A DNA stretch of 64,000 nt from Octopus sinensis (taxonomy: Eukaryota): contig NC_043010.1 in assembly GCF_006345805.1 (NCBI RefSeq), positions 26,350,001 to 26,414,000 on the forward strand. Reading direction: 5' to 3'. The notes under the pieces are model-generated. The model saw only the letters and a list, made by a program, of their open reading frames with translations. It did no database searches and was not told where the DNA came from. Of the stretch, positions 47,601-60,579 are shown one piece after another; within the stretch, counting starts at the first letter, position 1, and each line of letters begins with the position of its first letter. Made by a program: the position numbers and the translations under genes.

Positions 47601-50101
47601 TGGCAACAACTCAACCATTCGATCCTTGACGGGCCCAAAGGTCGATTAGTAAACGAACCCGAGGAGATGTGCAAGGTGTTTCATGATCATTTCGCCCAGC
47701 TATTCGGGAGGAGCGGCGAGCTGGAGCGCGGGGAGAAGCTCGCAGACTTCCTAGCCGTTCGCCGCATCTATCGGGGCCGGACGCGGAATCTTGTGAGGCG
47801 GCCGATCACAGCCAAAGAAGTCGAGGATATGTTGGCAGAATGCGGCGGGGACAAATCGCCGGGACTCGATGGTCTGCCTTACGAACTCTATAGTAGCATG
47901 CCAGACTTGTTTGGGCACCTACTTGCATGCGTGTACAACAACTGGCAGCAGAACGGGAGAATTCCTAAGTCTGTGAGCCGAGGGGTGGTAGCGTTGTTAA
48001 GAAAGGACCCAAACAAGGGGGATTTAATTGATAATTTCCGGCCTATCACTCTGCTTAACGCAGAGCTGAAGATCTTGGCAAAGGTCTTAGCAAAAAGGTT
48101 GGCGAGGGTCGTGGGTGAACTTGTTGGCGAGGCGCAAACTTGCGCCATCCCTCGAAGGACCATCCACGACAATCTCCACTTCTATACGCTATGCCTTAGA
48201 AAGGGTAAATAGGATTCCTGGCAAGGGTGGGGCTATGGTCCACTTGGACCAATCGAAGCGTTTGATAGGGTGGACCATCAGTATCTGGAGGCGGTCCTCG
48301 CGGCGGCTGGCTTCGGCCCGACCTTCCGCGGATGGATCATCGCTTTATACAGCAACATCGAATCGGTAGTTCGGGTAAATGGTTTCCTTTCGGAGCCGTT
48401 CAGCATTGAACGTTCGGTACGTCAAGGGTGTCCTCTCTCCCGCGCTTCTCTACGTTTTGGCCCTCGAGCAGTTGCTGAGGAGGTTGGAAACTATGAGAGG
48501 CACCCCGCAGATCTAGGGTGCGGAAAGTCAGCTTCGGCGTATGCGGACGACATCACCGTCATCGTTTCCCGAGTCGAGCACCTACAGTGGGTGGGTGAGG
48601 CCTTAAGGGACTACGAAGCGGTGGCAGGAGCGAAAGTCAACCGGGATAAATCGGTCGGCTTGCAACTCGGCACCTGGAGGGGCAAGTCGATGTCTTCCGA
48701 CAGCGTCGTAGGACGTTGGACGGAAGGACCGGTGAAAATGCTTGGGATCTGGTTAGGTCCAGATCTCCAGATAGAGAAGAATTGGAGCGAGGTGGCGAGA
48801 AAGGTGGCTCTCCTAACTCAGACATGGTCTGAACGGAATCTGTCCTTGAAGGGAAGGCGGAGTTGCAGAAGTGTTTATCGCCTCTGTAATCACTTACCGC
48901 CTAACCGTAGTGCCTTGCCCCGATTCGTGGCTGAACAAACTGGAACGCATGCTCTTTCGCTTTTTGTGGAGGGGCAGCAGACCTCTTGTAAGGCGCTCTA
49001 TTTGTGCCAAAAGCCGCTGAACGGTGGGTTAGGGATGCCGTGGCTAAAAATGTGCAGACATGCGCTCAGGCTTAGGCACCTCTGGATTTACCTGGACGGT
49101 GAGCAGGTGTGGTCTCCGTTTGTCAAGCTGTTATTTCCACAGTTCACATCGTTTAACGAACTGAACCCATGGATCAAGTGTAGACCGAGGTTGGGCATGT
49201 GGCATGCAGAGTGCTATCAGGCACTCGTGCTTCTCTCCCAGTCGGGCAACGCCGGTGGCGGGCCTACTACCGCGTTCTTCTATAGAGGGTTAGTAGAGTT
49301 TAAGTGTGACGACGTCCTAGGAGAAACTCTGGGCTTCGACGAAAATCAACTGGCCAGTCTGTTCCAAAGAACATTCGGTCCGGGGCCTATGGATAATTAC
49401 CAAAAGTCCCTGGCCTGGCAATGTTACAGAGGAGCTTTACCGGTTCGAGATAAGCTCTTTAGACATGTGTGCACCTTCGCCGTTTTGTGCAAGATGTAAG
49501 AGGGACAGTGAATCTGTCCTGCACGCGATTGTGCAATGACCGAAGGTGACTGAACTCTGGACTTATGTCGAACACCTGCTGTCGCATTCGAGAAGAGTAC
49601 CTGTCGAGCGAATCTGTAATTAAGATAGTTCCGCCGACCTTCCTGAATAGGGAGGAGCGAGCCTGTTTTCTTCGGTAGTTGCTATGGCGAAAGAAGTAGT
49701 GTGGAAGACGAGAGTAAAAGGAATTGCAACAGGCATGTTTATCTCCACTCTCGAGCTAATCGACTTTTCGTTTTCCACATGAAACGGAAAATAAGGCTGG
49801 AGAAGAAATGCCTGTCGCAAAGTGTGTTTCGTAAAAGATGGAAGTCTATAGCAAGTATGTTGCGAGTGAAAGAACCTATTTAATCGAGAATGTAAAAAAG
49901 GATAAAGCAAAGTCTCAGTGTGAGTATGTGGTTTGTGGGGTCGACCGCGTCCTCCGCTTCATTTTTTGTTAATCACTCATTCTCATTTAATTGTATATAT
50001 ATTAATTGTTTGTTTATTCATGTTTCGTCTCATTCGATACGCTGACCCCAACGTTTGTTTTGTCCCCTCTTTTTCTCAACCTTATGGTGAATAAAGAAAT
50101 A
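44685..50101 (+). mobile_element. Near full-length Tx1/L1-clade LINE (element D) in (TC)n
   Basis: 5' end gatcggtcgtgttattc after (TC)n; ORF1 44846-46458 and ORF2 about 46480-49883, both frameshifted; 3' end AATAAAGAAATA followed by (CT)n. Confidence 0.92.
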
Positions 50102-50114
50102 CTCTCTCTCTGTA

Positions 50115-50193
<79 letters not shown>

Positions 50194-50370
50194 CGGTCGT
50201 GTTATTCTTTGCTCCACAGTGAAAGATTGTTTTTGTGCTGAAAAGTTTGAAAATTTGCTGTTTTGGTCGTCGAGGCCACTTCTTTTCTGCTGTTGCAGCA
50301 GAATTCTGTTGTTGTAGCAGAGTTCTGCTGTTCTTTCCCCCTTGTTTCAAGGGGGAAGTGACGAAAAGAC

Positions 50371-51789
50371 ATGAATTTGCAACCAGTCTCCTCCGAGTCG
50401 GAGGAAAACGTTGAAAATTTGTTTGAAGGCATGAAGGCGAAAATGCGGGAGAAGGAAGGTAGAAGTAAAGAGTCGTCTCAGGCGAGCGGCACAAAAGCAG
50501 ACGACAATATGTCTGGCGAAGCTAGTAAACGACAAGAAAAGGCAAAAATAAATTTTGCGAGTGCAGCAACTCGCCCCTGTGAAAATATAGTAGTTAACAA
50601 GGAAGAATTAAAGAAATACCAAGGACTACTAAAAAAAGAAGGTGATAATGTGAAGTTGTTCCCTCCCAGTGAATTGATTTACGCGACGGAGAGAAAAACT
50701 GTCATATACAAGACGTATAATGTAAAAAATAAGAAAATTGACTTCATACAGAGAGAAGCCATTGAAAAATGTTTGAGGCCGATATGGCAACAAACTACGT
50801 TTATAACAAGGGGTAGTCGCTTCGGCACGGTAGAGGTGCGTTTCCCTAGCGAAGAAATAGCTAGGGAACATTCAACAAGAACGTTGAAGTCAGAAGAGGT
50901 AGTTCTTTTACCATTTTATTTAGGAATGAGAACTAGCAGAATAACAGTTACGGACATTCCGCCCGAAATAGATGTGGACTTCATAACAGCAGCGATTCTC
51001 TTAGGCAAAGAGGAAGAAATTGCCATTCTTCAGTCTAAAAGATATCGCCCCACAACCTGGTATGGACAGGACTTAGAGCTTGTGATCCAAGCGAACCCCT
51101 CGGACTTGGAAAAATTGCCAAGCACCCTCACCATTGGAGATACCACCTTGATGGTAATAGTCGAGGGAAGAAAACCGAGATGCTATAAATGTGGCGAGAA
51201 AGGCCACATACGGTCGAGCTGCAAGAAGACAGCGAAAGAAAATACTACAGAGGCAAGCACGACGCCGAAAACAACTTCACCGCTAGAAATAGCAGCCACG
51301 TCGCGCACCCCAATTGCCGAAATTCAGCCGACAACGGGAGAAAACAACGATGACAACAACAACAACAACATCCAGGAGTGGGTCAACGTGGAAGCTTCAA
51401 AAAGAAGACGGAAACGGAAAAATCCACCCTCTTCGGATACACAGGACTATACTCTGACACAGACAAGCACACCCACACCCACAAATACAGTCGCAAACAC
51501 ACACGTAGCCAAAAAAACACACACACTGGAAAAAGCACACACAATCACTCACACACCTACCACAAGCACGCACACACCTACAAACACCCACGCTTCTACA
51601 AGCACACACACGCACACACCCACAAACACACACACACAGCCCCCTCCACAATCACCTAACAAAAAAAAAAGAAACACATTCACGGCGATAAATAAAAACA
51701 ATAACCTATTAAGGGAAAAAATTAATTTACTGAAATCGGCGAAAAGATATATCGCAACAGATATAAATAGTATTTATCTGAAAATGTAG
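50371..51789 (+). CDS. LINE E ORF1 (gag-like, CCHC knuckle CYKCGEKGHIRSSC, Thr/His-rich linker), 472 aa
   Basis: Longest open ORF1. Comparison with D shows a frameshift near 51775 and a native stop near 51980. Confidence 0.8.
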   Translation: MNLQPVSSESEENVENLFEGMKAKMREKEGRSKESSQASGTKADDNMSGEASKRQEKAKINFASAATRPCENIVVNKEELKKYQGLLKKEGDNVKLFPPSELIYATERKTVIYKTYNVKNKKIDFIQREAIEKCLRPIWQQTTFITRGSRFGTVEVRFPSEEIAREHSTRTLKSEEVVLLPFYLGMRTSRITVTDIPPEIDVDFITAAILLGKEEEIAILQSKRYRPTTWYGQDLELVIQANPSDLEKLPSTLTIGDTTLMVIVEGRKPRCYKCGEKGHIRSSCKKTAKENTTEASTTPKTTSPLEIAATSRTPIAEIQPTTGENNDDNNNNNIQEWVNVEASKRRRKRKNPPSSDTQDYTLTQTSTPTPTNTVANTHVAKKTHTLEKAHTITHTPTTSTHTPTNTHASTSTHTHTPTNTHTQPPPQSPNKKKRNTFTAINKNNNLLREKINLLKSAKRYIATDINSIYLKM

Positions 51790-51999
51790 AATTTTATACG
51801 ATAGATAACGCGGATTATTTTGAAATTAAAAAATCTTTTGCGGAGGACGTAGGCCCGTTACAGATGAACTTTTCAAGCCATCTGTACAAGCAATTCGCAA
51901 AAAAACTGACCTCGCAAAACACAACACTCAGACAGAAAAGATGAGGGTGAAACTACACCCTCTCTTCTGTTAAAACAGTAAGTTTTAAACATTCGACTA

Positions 52000-54900
52000 A
52001 ATTTTCACTTTCTCGTTTAAACTCGGTTGTAAACTCGCGGCCTGGGGTCGCATTGGAAGCAAGGCTACCTCCTTAACGAACTTAGGTCGCATCGTTTGGA
52101 TGTAGTGGTAATTACCGAATCCAGACTGAGTGGGCTGCAGGCTTTTTCGCCCCTTCTAAACGGCTACGAGAAATACATTTCTCCCTGTCAACCTGGAGGG
52201 GGGGAGGAGAGTGGCAGTGCTGGTCAGGAAAAACCTGGATTTAGAGATTAGAACTGTCTTTATAGATCTGGAAGGCAGGTTGGTCGTTTTGGATGTGACG
52301 CACAGCAGTGGTAAAGTGTTCAGGCTGGTCGCTGTCTATGCTCCCTGCGAAGGAAAAGCCGGGCAGAAAGAGTATTTCAAAAGCCTAGAGAATTTTCTTG
52401 GCACGTCGAACACGTTAGTATTGCTAGGTGACTTCAACATAATTTGCGATGCAAGCGTAGATTATGTTGGCTCAAGAAAGAATACGAGGGGATTACCTCA
52501 CCTCAACGATATGCTAAGTCGTTTCGAATGGCAGATAGATTCAGACTGGACCATCCAGACACTCCAGCGTGGACCTGGGCAAGAAACGACGGGTCGTCCA
52601 GATCTTATATCGATAGAATCATAACTAGAAGGAAAGATAAGAAAATACTTAGCTGTCCACAACACCATATCGTCAGCTACAGCGATCACAAATTAGTGAC
52701 CTGTACGCTCGACATAGATAGCATGTGTAGACGAGGTACCGGCTACTGGAAGCTAAACAAGTCACTATTGGACTGTGAAGCCTACAGGAATCGGATTAAA
52801 CAATTAGTAATGAGGGCGTTAACCGGATCCATTATCAACAATAAATGGTGGTACACCCTGAAAAGAGCCATCAAATTTGAGTCAATTAGGTTTAGCAAAG
52901 AACTAGCTAGTGCTAGAAACAAAGTAGAAAAGGAACTAGTTAAGGCATAGAGGAGGCAATGAGGTCAGGCAGTGCATCGAAAGTGTTAGCGGCGAGGTTA
53001 GCACTAGACCAACATCTCAAAGCTAAACATGAAGGGTGCATTGTCAGGGCTAAGATCCGTGCAATGAGACAGGAAGGGATCAACGCAGCCGGATGGGCCC
53101 GGGTGGTAGAGGGCCAGCGTGGCAACAACTCAACCATTCGATCCTTGACGGGCCCAAATGGTCGATTAGTAAACGAACCCGAAGAGATGTGCAAGGTGTT
53201 TCATGATCATTTCGCCCAGCTATTCGGGAGGAGCGGCGGGCTGGAGCGCGGGGAGAAGCTCGCAGACTTCCTAGCCGGTTCGCCGCGTCTATCGAGGCCG
53301 GACGCGGAATCTTGTGAGGCGCCGATCACAGCCAAAGAAGTCGAGGATATGTTGGCAGACTGTGGCGGGGACAAATCGCCGGGACTCGATGGTTTGCCTT
53401 ACGAACTCTATAGTAGCATGCCAGACTTGTTTGGGCACCTACTTGCATGCGTGTACACCAACTGGCAGCAGAACGGGAGAATTCCTAAGTCTGTGAGCCG
53501 AGGGGTGGTAGCGCTGTTAAGAAAGGACCCAAACAAGGGGGATTTAATTGATAATTTCCGGCCTATTATTCTGCTTAACGCAGAGTTGAAGATCTTGGCA
53601 AAGGTCTTAGCAAAAAGGTTGGAGAGGGTCGTGGGTGAACTTGTTGGCGAGGCGCAAACTTGCGCCATCCCTGGAAGAACCATCCACGACAATCTCCACT
53701 TTCTACGCTATGCCTTAGAAAGGGTAAATAGGATTCCTGGCAAGGGTGGGGCTATGGTCCACTTGGACCAATCGAAAGCGTTTGATAGGGTGGACCATCA
53801 GTATCTGGAGGCGGTCCTCGCGGCGGCTGGCTTCGGCCCGACCTTCCGCGGATGGATCATCGCTTTATACAGCAACATCGAATCGGTAGTTCGGGTAAAT
53901 GGTTTCCTTTCGGAACCGTTCAGCATTGAACGTTCGGTACGTCAAGGGTGTCCTCTCTCCCCGCTTCTCTACGTTTTGGCCCTCGAGCCGTTGCTGAGGA
54001 GGTTGGAAACTATGAGAGGCACCCTGCAAGGTCTAGGGTGCGGAAAGTCAGCTTCGGCGTATGCGGACGACATCACCGTCATCGTTTCCCGAGTCGAGCA
54101 CCTACAGTGGGTGGGTGAGGCCTTAAGGGACTACGAAGCGGTGGCAGGAGCGAAAGTCAACCGGGATAAATCGGTCGGCTTGCAACTCGGCACCTGGAGG
54201 GGCAAGTCGATGTCTTCCGACAGCGTCGTAGGACGTTGGACGGAAGGACCGGTGAAAATGCTTGGGATCTGGTTAGGTCCAGATCTCCAGATAGAGAAGA
54301 ATTGGAGCGAGGTGGCGAGAAAGGTGACTCTCCTAACTCAGACATGGTCTAAACGGAATCTGTCCTTGAAAGGGAAGGCGGAAGTTGCAGAAGTGTTTAT
54401 CGCCTCTGTAATCACTTACCGCCTAACCGTAGTGCCTTGCCCCGATTCGTGGCTGAACAAACTGGAACGCATGCTCTTTCGCTTTTTGTGGAGGGGCAGC
54501 AGACCTCTTGTAAGGCATCTATTTGCTGCCAAAAGCCGCTGAACGGTGGGTTAGGGATGCCGTGGCTAAAAATGCGCAGACATGCACTCAGGCTTAGGCA
54601 CCTCTGGATTTACCTGGACGGTGAGCAGGTGTGGTCTCCGTTTGTCAAGCTGTTATTTCCACAGTTCACATCGTTTAACGAACTGAACCCATGGATCAAG
54701 TGTAGACCGAGGTTGGGCATGTGGCATGCAGAGTGCTATCAGGCACTCGTGCTTCTCTCCCAGTCGGGCAACGCCGGTGCGGCGGCTACTACCGCTTTCT
54801 TCTATAGAGGGTTAGTAGAGTTTAAGTGTGACGACGTCCTAGGAGAAACTCTGGGCTTCGACGAAAATCAACTGGCCAGCCTGTTCCAAAGAACATTCGG

Positions 54901-55410
54901 TCCGGGGCCTATGGATAATTACCAAAAGTCCCTGGCCTGGCAATGTTACAGAGGAGCTTTACCGGTTCGAGATAAGCTCTTTAGACATGGGTGTGCACCT
55001 TCGCCGGTTTGTGCAAGATGTAAGAGGGACAGTGAAACTGTCCTGCACGCGATTGTGCAATGACCCAAGGTGACTGAACTCTGGACTTATGTCGAACACC
55101 TGCTGTCGCATTCGAGAAGAGTACAACTGTCGAGCGAATCTGTAATTAAGATAGTTCCGCCGACCTTCCTGAATAGGGAGGAGCGAGCCTGTTTTCTTTC
55201 GGTAGTTGCTATGGCGAAAGAAGTAGTGTGGAAGACGAGAGTAAAATGAATTGCAACAGGCATGTTTATCTCCATTCTCGAGCTAATCGACTTTTTCGTT
55301 TTCCACATGAAACGGAAAATAAGGCTGGAGAAGAAATGCCTGTCGCAAAGTGTGTTTCGTAAAAGATGGAAGTCTATAGCAAGTATGTTGCGAGTGAAAG
55401 AACCTATTTA
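52000..55410 (+). pseudogene. LINE E ORF2 (APE, RT, C-terminal CCHC), split by a few indels and stops
   Basis: GDFN (about 52430), SYIDR, 527-aa piece 52959-54542 with DQSKAFDRVDH, RQGCPLSP and YADD, then CARC...H. Confidence 0.9.
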
Positions 55411-56166
55411 ATCGAGAATGTAAAAAAGGATAAAGCAAAGTCTTCAGTGTGAGTCTGTGGTTTGTGGGGTCGACCGCGTCCTCCGCTTCATTTTTTGTAA
55501 ATCACTCATTCTCATTTAATTGTATATATTTTAATTATTTGTTTATTCATATGTTTCGTCTCATTCGATACCCTGACCCCAACGTTTGTTTTGTCCCCTC
55601 TTTTTCTCAACCTTATGGTGAATAAAGAAATACTCTCTCTCTGTATCTTCCCTCTCACTCTCTTCCCTCTCACTCTCTCTCTTCCCTCTCACTCTCTCTC
55701 TCAACCCCTCTCTCTCCATCTCTGTCGGTCTGTCCCACTCTGCTTTATTTTTCTCCTCTACCCATCACCTTTTTTCTTAGCTTTTATAAATATCTCCAAA
55801 TTCATTCTCTCTCCGCACGCGTTCTCTTCCTCTCTCTCTCTCGCCATTTCGTTTCCCATCGGCTTATCTGTATGTTCTTTGATGATTGCTCTTGTCTTGT
55901 CACAGTTTTTATTATCTTCTTACGTTGACCTCAAGAAATTAAAGTGTGTATCTATTTTAGATAATAATCTACATGATAATAATTATAGTCTAACAAATGT
56001 AATAACAAGCATTAATACATTGTTCGTGAGACAAATTTTCTTATTAAGACTGATATAAGGAAAAAGAATATAAAAAGAAAACAAAAAAAAAACACGATTT
56101 TCAAAAATGAAATAAGATGATTTGCAACGAGCAACATGTAACGTTTCAGATAAGATTATTCATCAG

Positions 56167-56323
56167 CAGGGGTGGACTGAGCCGTCGGTCAATCGGACAC
56201 TGCTCGAGGCCCGGAGTTCTGAGGGCCCCGAACTCTACATGTTAACTCTTCTAAAGCACACATTCAAAGGGACCCGGTAAACAGTTATGCCCGAGGGCCC
56301 TTAATACTCTCAGTCCGCCCCTG
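56167..56323. mobile_element. 157-bp hAT-like MITE
   Basis: TIRs caggggtggactgag / ctcagtccgcccctg; 8-bp TSD ttcatcag / ttaatcag (7 of 8 identical). Confidence 0.75.
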
Positions 56324-56544
56324 TTAATCAGCAAGTAATATTTTTGAGAAATACCCCACAAACTGATTTATTGCACTTTTGAACTGCTTGTATCCCCTAA
56401 TTAATTGAAGACACAAATAATCAGTAGATTTATAGGATCATACTGTTTACTTAAGTAATTAATTGGTAGATAATTATTGTCATCGAAGCCTCAGTTAACT
56501 TTCTTAGTAAGAGCCTTTCTGTTATAGGTTCAAAGCCTGAAATT

Positions 56545-57495
56545 TTATTGGGGTGGAATTTCGTCGATTCCATTGACCCCAGTGTTTAACTGGTAATTAT
56601 TTTATTCATACCGAAAGGATGGAAGATGAAGTCAACCTCTGTGGCGTTTGAACTCAGAGTGTAAGGCTGAAAGAAATGCCTCTAAGCATCAGCGTAGCTA
56701 GTGTATGTGCCGCCTGGGGCGCGAATTTTTTCCCCACAAGACTTCCAGACCCCAGAAATGAACTTGTTTGCATACAGCCAATCAGAGCTCACCTTGAAAA
56801 CCCACATATTGTGTACTACTACAGTACAGCCAGTCAGGCATAGAATTCCACTCAATGAGTACAGCACTGTAGGTCTCACATAAGCACCACATCCTCCCCA
56901 CCATCCCCATTGATCAATTGAGCACCATCTCTGTATGGAGCTAACATTAGGTACCTATGCTCAGACTGAGATTAGTGATACTGCATGTACCCATTGGTAT
57001 ATTCAAGGAGAGTGCAATACGACACAATGCCATATTGATTACGATGTTTCCAGATCAACACCAACATTTGAAATTAGGAATGTACAAAATCAGTCAAATA
57101 ATATGGAAACTACACTCATTTACATTTTCTAGTAAATTATGCAAATTGGTAACATTTATGGCATCATCGGTGAGCAGCTCTCCATTCACTTTATACACTA
57201 AATTTCACGTTTGTTACCCCTACTAACCCGTTTAGAACAGTTAGATTTTGCTATAATGCACATTTTCCACTGAACTCAGAGTATTTTCATGACTAGGTGG
57301 ACTAGGTATTTTCATGACTAGTCGAGCTCTGATTGGCTGTATGCAAATGAGTTCATAACTGGGGTCCAGAATTCTCGTTAGAAAAAAATTTCACGCCCGG
57401 GGTGGTCTGCCGCTATCACCACCACCACCCTTGCTACGCTAGTGTCTCAAAGCATTTTGTTTGGCATGGTAACGATTCTGCCAGCTCACAGCCTT
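56545..57495 (-). mobile_element. S1 SINE split by a MITE
   Basis: S1 sequence stops at gaaatgcctctaag (56686) and resumes near 57445. Confidence 0.7.
56687..57444. mobile_element. Long-TIR hAT-like MITE
   Basis: Termini catcagcgtagc / gctacgctagtg, imperfect arms of about 100 bp, degenerate 8-bp TSD cctctaag / tctcaaag. Confidence 0.6.
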
Positions 57496-57800
57496 GAATT
57501 TTTTTAATAATGATTGGACATTCCCAAACGTGGGATCATAGCTTTATTTAAGAAACCACTGAGCAAATCAGACAAAAGGGGTTCTTCCTATGGTCCTGGT
57601 GGGCCTTAACCCTGAGAACCCGCAACTACACTTTAGCGGGAGCGATTTCGTTTGACTATATCTTTGGAAGAGGAAAAAGCGGGAAGTCACGTGGTTTTGT
57701 TTTTATAACTGAAAATAACAAAACTGACCTTAACCAAAGTGAGAACCGGAATATTAAGAAATGTAACAAAATAGGATCACGAGTGGTTGTGTGGTAAGTA

Positions 57801-59087
57801 TCAGGTCATCCCATAAGTTCTGTCCGAATTATGAATAAAGAAAACAAGTGATCAAATGTTATACTAAATTGAAATTTAATCATGAATGGACTTTCCCTGA
57901 TTATCTATGATTTCCTTCCATCTATTTACAAGCTTTTTAATCCCATCAATGTAAAATTATTTTGGTTTCAAAGCGAAGAACTCTGAAATGTCAGTTTCAA
58001 CCTCCTCCTGGCTTGCGAAAGTTATGTCCCCCAAATGATTCTGTAAACTATGAAACAAATGGTAGTCTGAAGGAGCAAGGTCGGGAGAATAAGGTGGACG
58101 AGGAATTTCTTCCCAACCAAGCTCTTCAATCTTTTGTGATGTGATCTTTGCAGTGTGGGGTCACGCATTGTCCTGATGAAACATCACTCCTTTTCAGTTC
58201 ACTAAAGCGGGTCTTTTTTTCTACAAAGTTTGGTTCAAATGCTCTAATTGTTAACAGTAGACTTGAGCATTGACTGTTGCATTAAGCGGTAACAATTCAA
58301 AGTGAATTTCTCCTTTGCAATCCAACCAGATAGAGGAAAGAACTTTTTTCCCATGAAGTTCCCTTCTTGGTTGTGGTTGAGCCTTTTCCTTATACCAAGC
58401 CACTGTTTACGATGTTTAACATTTCAATAGAAGATCCATTTTTCGTCACCAGTCACAAGTCTATCCAAAAGATGTGAAATGAGTTTGTGAGAATGGAGAG
58501 AAGAGCAGATGTCAACTTGGGATTTGCGGTTGCTTTCGGACAATTTATGAGGCACCCGTTTTCCAAGTTTAGGAAGCTTTCCAAGTTGTTGAAGATGACG
58601 ATGAGCAGTTGTATGGTTTGAACTAAGCCTTATTGCCAATTCTTCAACTGATAATGCAGGATTTTCTTCAAGTAATGCCTCAAGGAGCTTATCATCAAAC
58701 TCAACTGAACATCCTGTTCGATCTTCATCTTCAAGGCTGAAATTTCCACTTCTGAATTTTGCAAACCATCTTCTGCAAGTTCTTTCATTCAAGCATTCTT
58801 TCCCATAAACCAAGTGTATGTTTTGAGTCGCTTCGGCTGTAGAGTTTCCTTTTTTGTACTCATAAAGCATTATGTGCCTCAAATGCTCTTTGGATACTTC
58901 CATGTTGGAAAGGGTTTTAATCAAAGAAATTTTAATTCTATTATTCTGTAAAATAATATTTAATTAGTTTAAATGTACACAAATGCATAAAAATAATTTT
59001 AAATTCAATTAGACACTCTAAAATACTATTAAATTTCATTCAGTTTTAAAAAAGGCAAAATCGGACAGAACTTATGGGATGACCTGA
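57801..59087 (-). mobile_element. Complete 1287-bp mariner element inserted into an S2 SINE
   Basis: Perfect 27-bp TIRs tcaggtcatcccataagttctgtccga; TA TSD at 57799-57800 and 59088-59089; S2 is contiguous across the insertion (gtggtaagTA...TAgcttgc). Confidence 0.95.
57880..58903 (-). pseudogene. Mariner transposase, disabled
   Basis: MEVSKEHLRHIMLYEYKKG...RRWFAKFRSG...VPHKL...LVTGDEKWIFY then a stop; later LAPSDYHLFHSLQNHL. Confidence 0.9.
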
Positions 59088-59460
59088 TAGCTTGCTTACC
59101 AACCATATGGTTCCAAGTTCAGTCCCACTGTCTGACACCTTTGGCAAGTGTCTTCTGCTATAGCCTCAGGCCGACCAGAGCCTTGTGAGTGGATTTGGTA
59201 GACGGAAACTGAAAGAAGTCCGTCTTATATATGTGTGTGTGTGTGTGTGCGTGTTTGTGTGTCTACATTTGTCCCCCCATCATCGCTTGATAACCGATAC
59301 TGGTGTGTTTACGTCCTCGTAATGTAGTGGTTCGGCAAAAGAGACCGATAGAATAAGTACTAGGCTTACAAAGAATAAGTCCTGGGGTCGATTTGTGTGA
59401 CTAAAGTCGATGCTCCAGCATGGCTGCAGTCAAATGACTGAAACAAGTAAAAGAGTAAAA
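59088..59460 (+). mobile_element. S2 SINE remainder
   Basis: Continues the head at 57780-57800. Confidence 0.88.
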
Positions 59461-59685
59461 AAAAAGTAAAACGCTGCAAGTTGCCCCACCTCACCCAACC
59501 CCCACCCACCATTGCTTGACAAGAGTTACGGACTGGAGTATGGGAAATCCAGGCTAGATACGTTTCATAGCGAGTGGAACCTCAGAAGTGATAAAATCCA
59601 AGTGAGGTGTATACTCTCAGACCAAGGATATCTTGATTAGATTAAAGGCTACATTGTCGCAAGGAGAGACATGTTGACGCAAAAG

Positions 59686-60050
59686 ACGCAGGCATGGCTG
59701 TGTGGTAAGAAGCTTGCTTCCCAACCACATGGTTCCGGTTTCAGTCCCACTGCATGGCACTTTGGACAAGTGTCTTCTGCTATAGACTTGGGCCAACCAA
59801 AACCTTGTAAGTAGATTTGATAGACAGAAACTTAAAGAAGTCCATCACACGCATAGACACACATGTGTGCACACACACACACACATATATATTTGTATAT
59901 ATATATATATATATATATCTACGTGTGTGTCTCATTGTGTCTATCTTACCCCCATCACCGCTTGACAATTGGTGCTGGTGTGTTTACGTCCCCATAACTT
60001 AGCACTTCGGCTGGCAAAAGAGACCAATAGAATAAAGTCCTCGGGGCGAT
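59686..60050 (+). mobile_element. S2 SINE, diverged
   Basis: Head and body match S2. Confidence 0.8.
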
Positions 60051-60169
60051 ATGTCCACGATATGTAATTGTCAAAGGTTCCAAAATAATTCTTTCTAATC
60101 TTGGCACGAAATCGATTACATCGTGTTTGCATGTGTGTGTATGTGTACATGTGTGTATGTATGTATAAG

Positions 60170-60555
60170 CATGTATATATGACGTGGCACTCCGTCGGTT
60201 ATGTCAGAAAAGGTTCCAGTTAATCCAATCAACCAAACATCATGAAATTAACATACATGTGGCTGGGCACTCCTCAGACACGTGTACACTTAACGTAGTT
60301 CTCAGGGAGATTCAGCATGACACAGAGTGTGGCAAGGACCTTTGAAATACAGGTACAACAGAAACAAGAAGAAAGAGTGAGAGAAAGTTGTGGTGAAAGA
60401 ATACAGCAGAGTTTTCCACCCCCCACCCCTGCCGGAGCCTTGTGGGGCTTTAGGTGTTTTCGCTCAATAAACACTCACAATGCCTGGTCTGGGAATCGAA
60501 ACCGTTATCCTATGACCACGAGCCCACTGCCCAAACCATTGGGCCATTGTGCCAC
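60170..60555 (-). mobile_element. Probable S3-type SINE
   Basis: Minus-strand tRNA-like head near 60555 (ggcccaatggtttggg...ggtttcgattccc). Confidence 0.5.
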
Positions 60556-60579
60556 CACATATATATATATATATATCAT

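Larger units (their letters stand above)
50191..55632 (+). mobile_element. Near full-length Tx1/L1-clade LINE (element E), tandem to D
   Basis: Same termini as D and highly similar, with scattered substitutions and indels. Confidence 0.92.
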
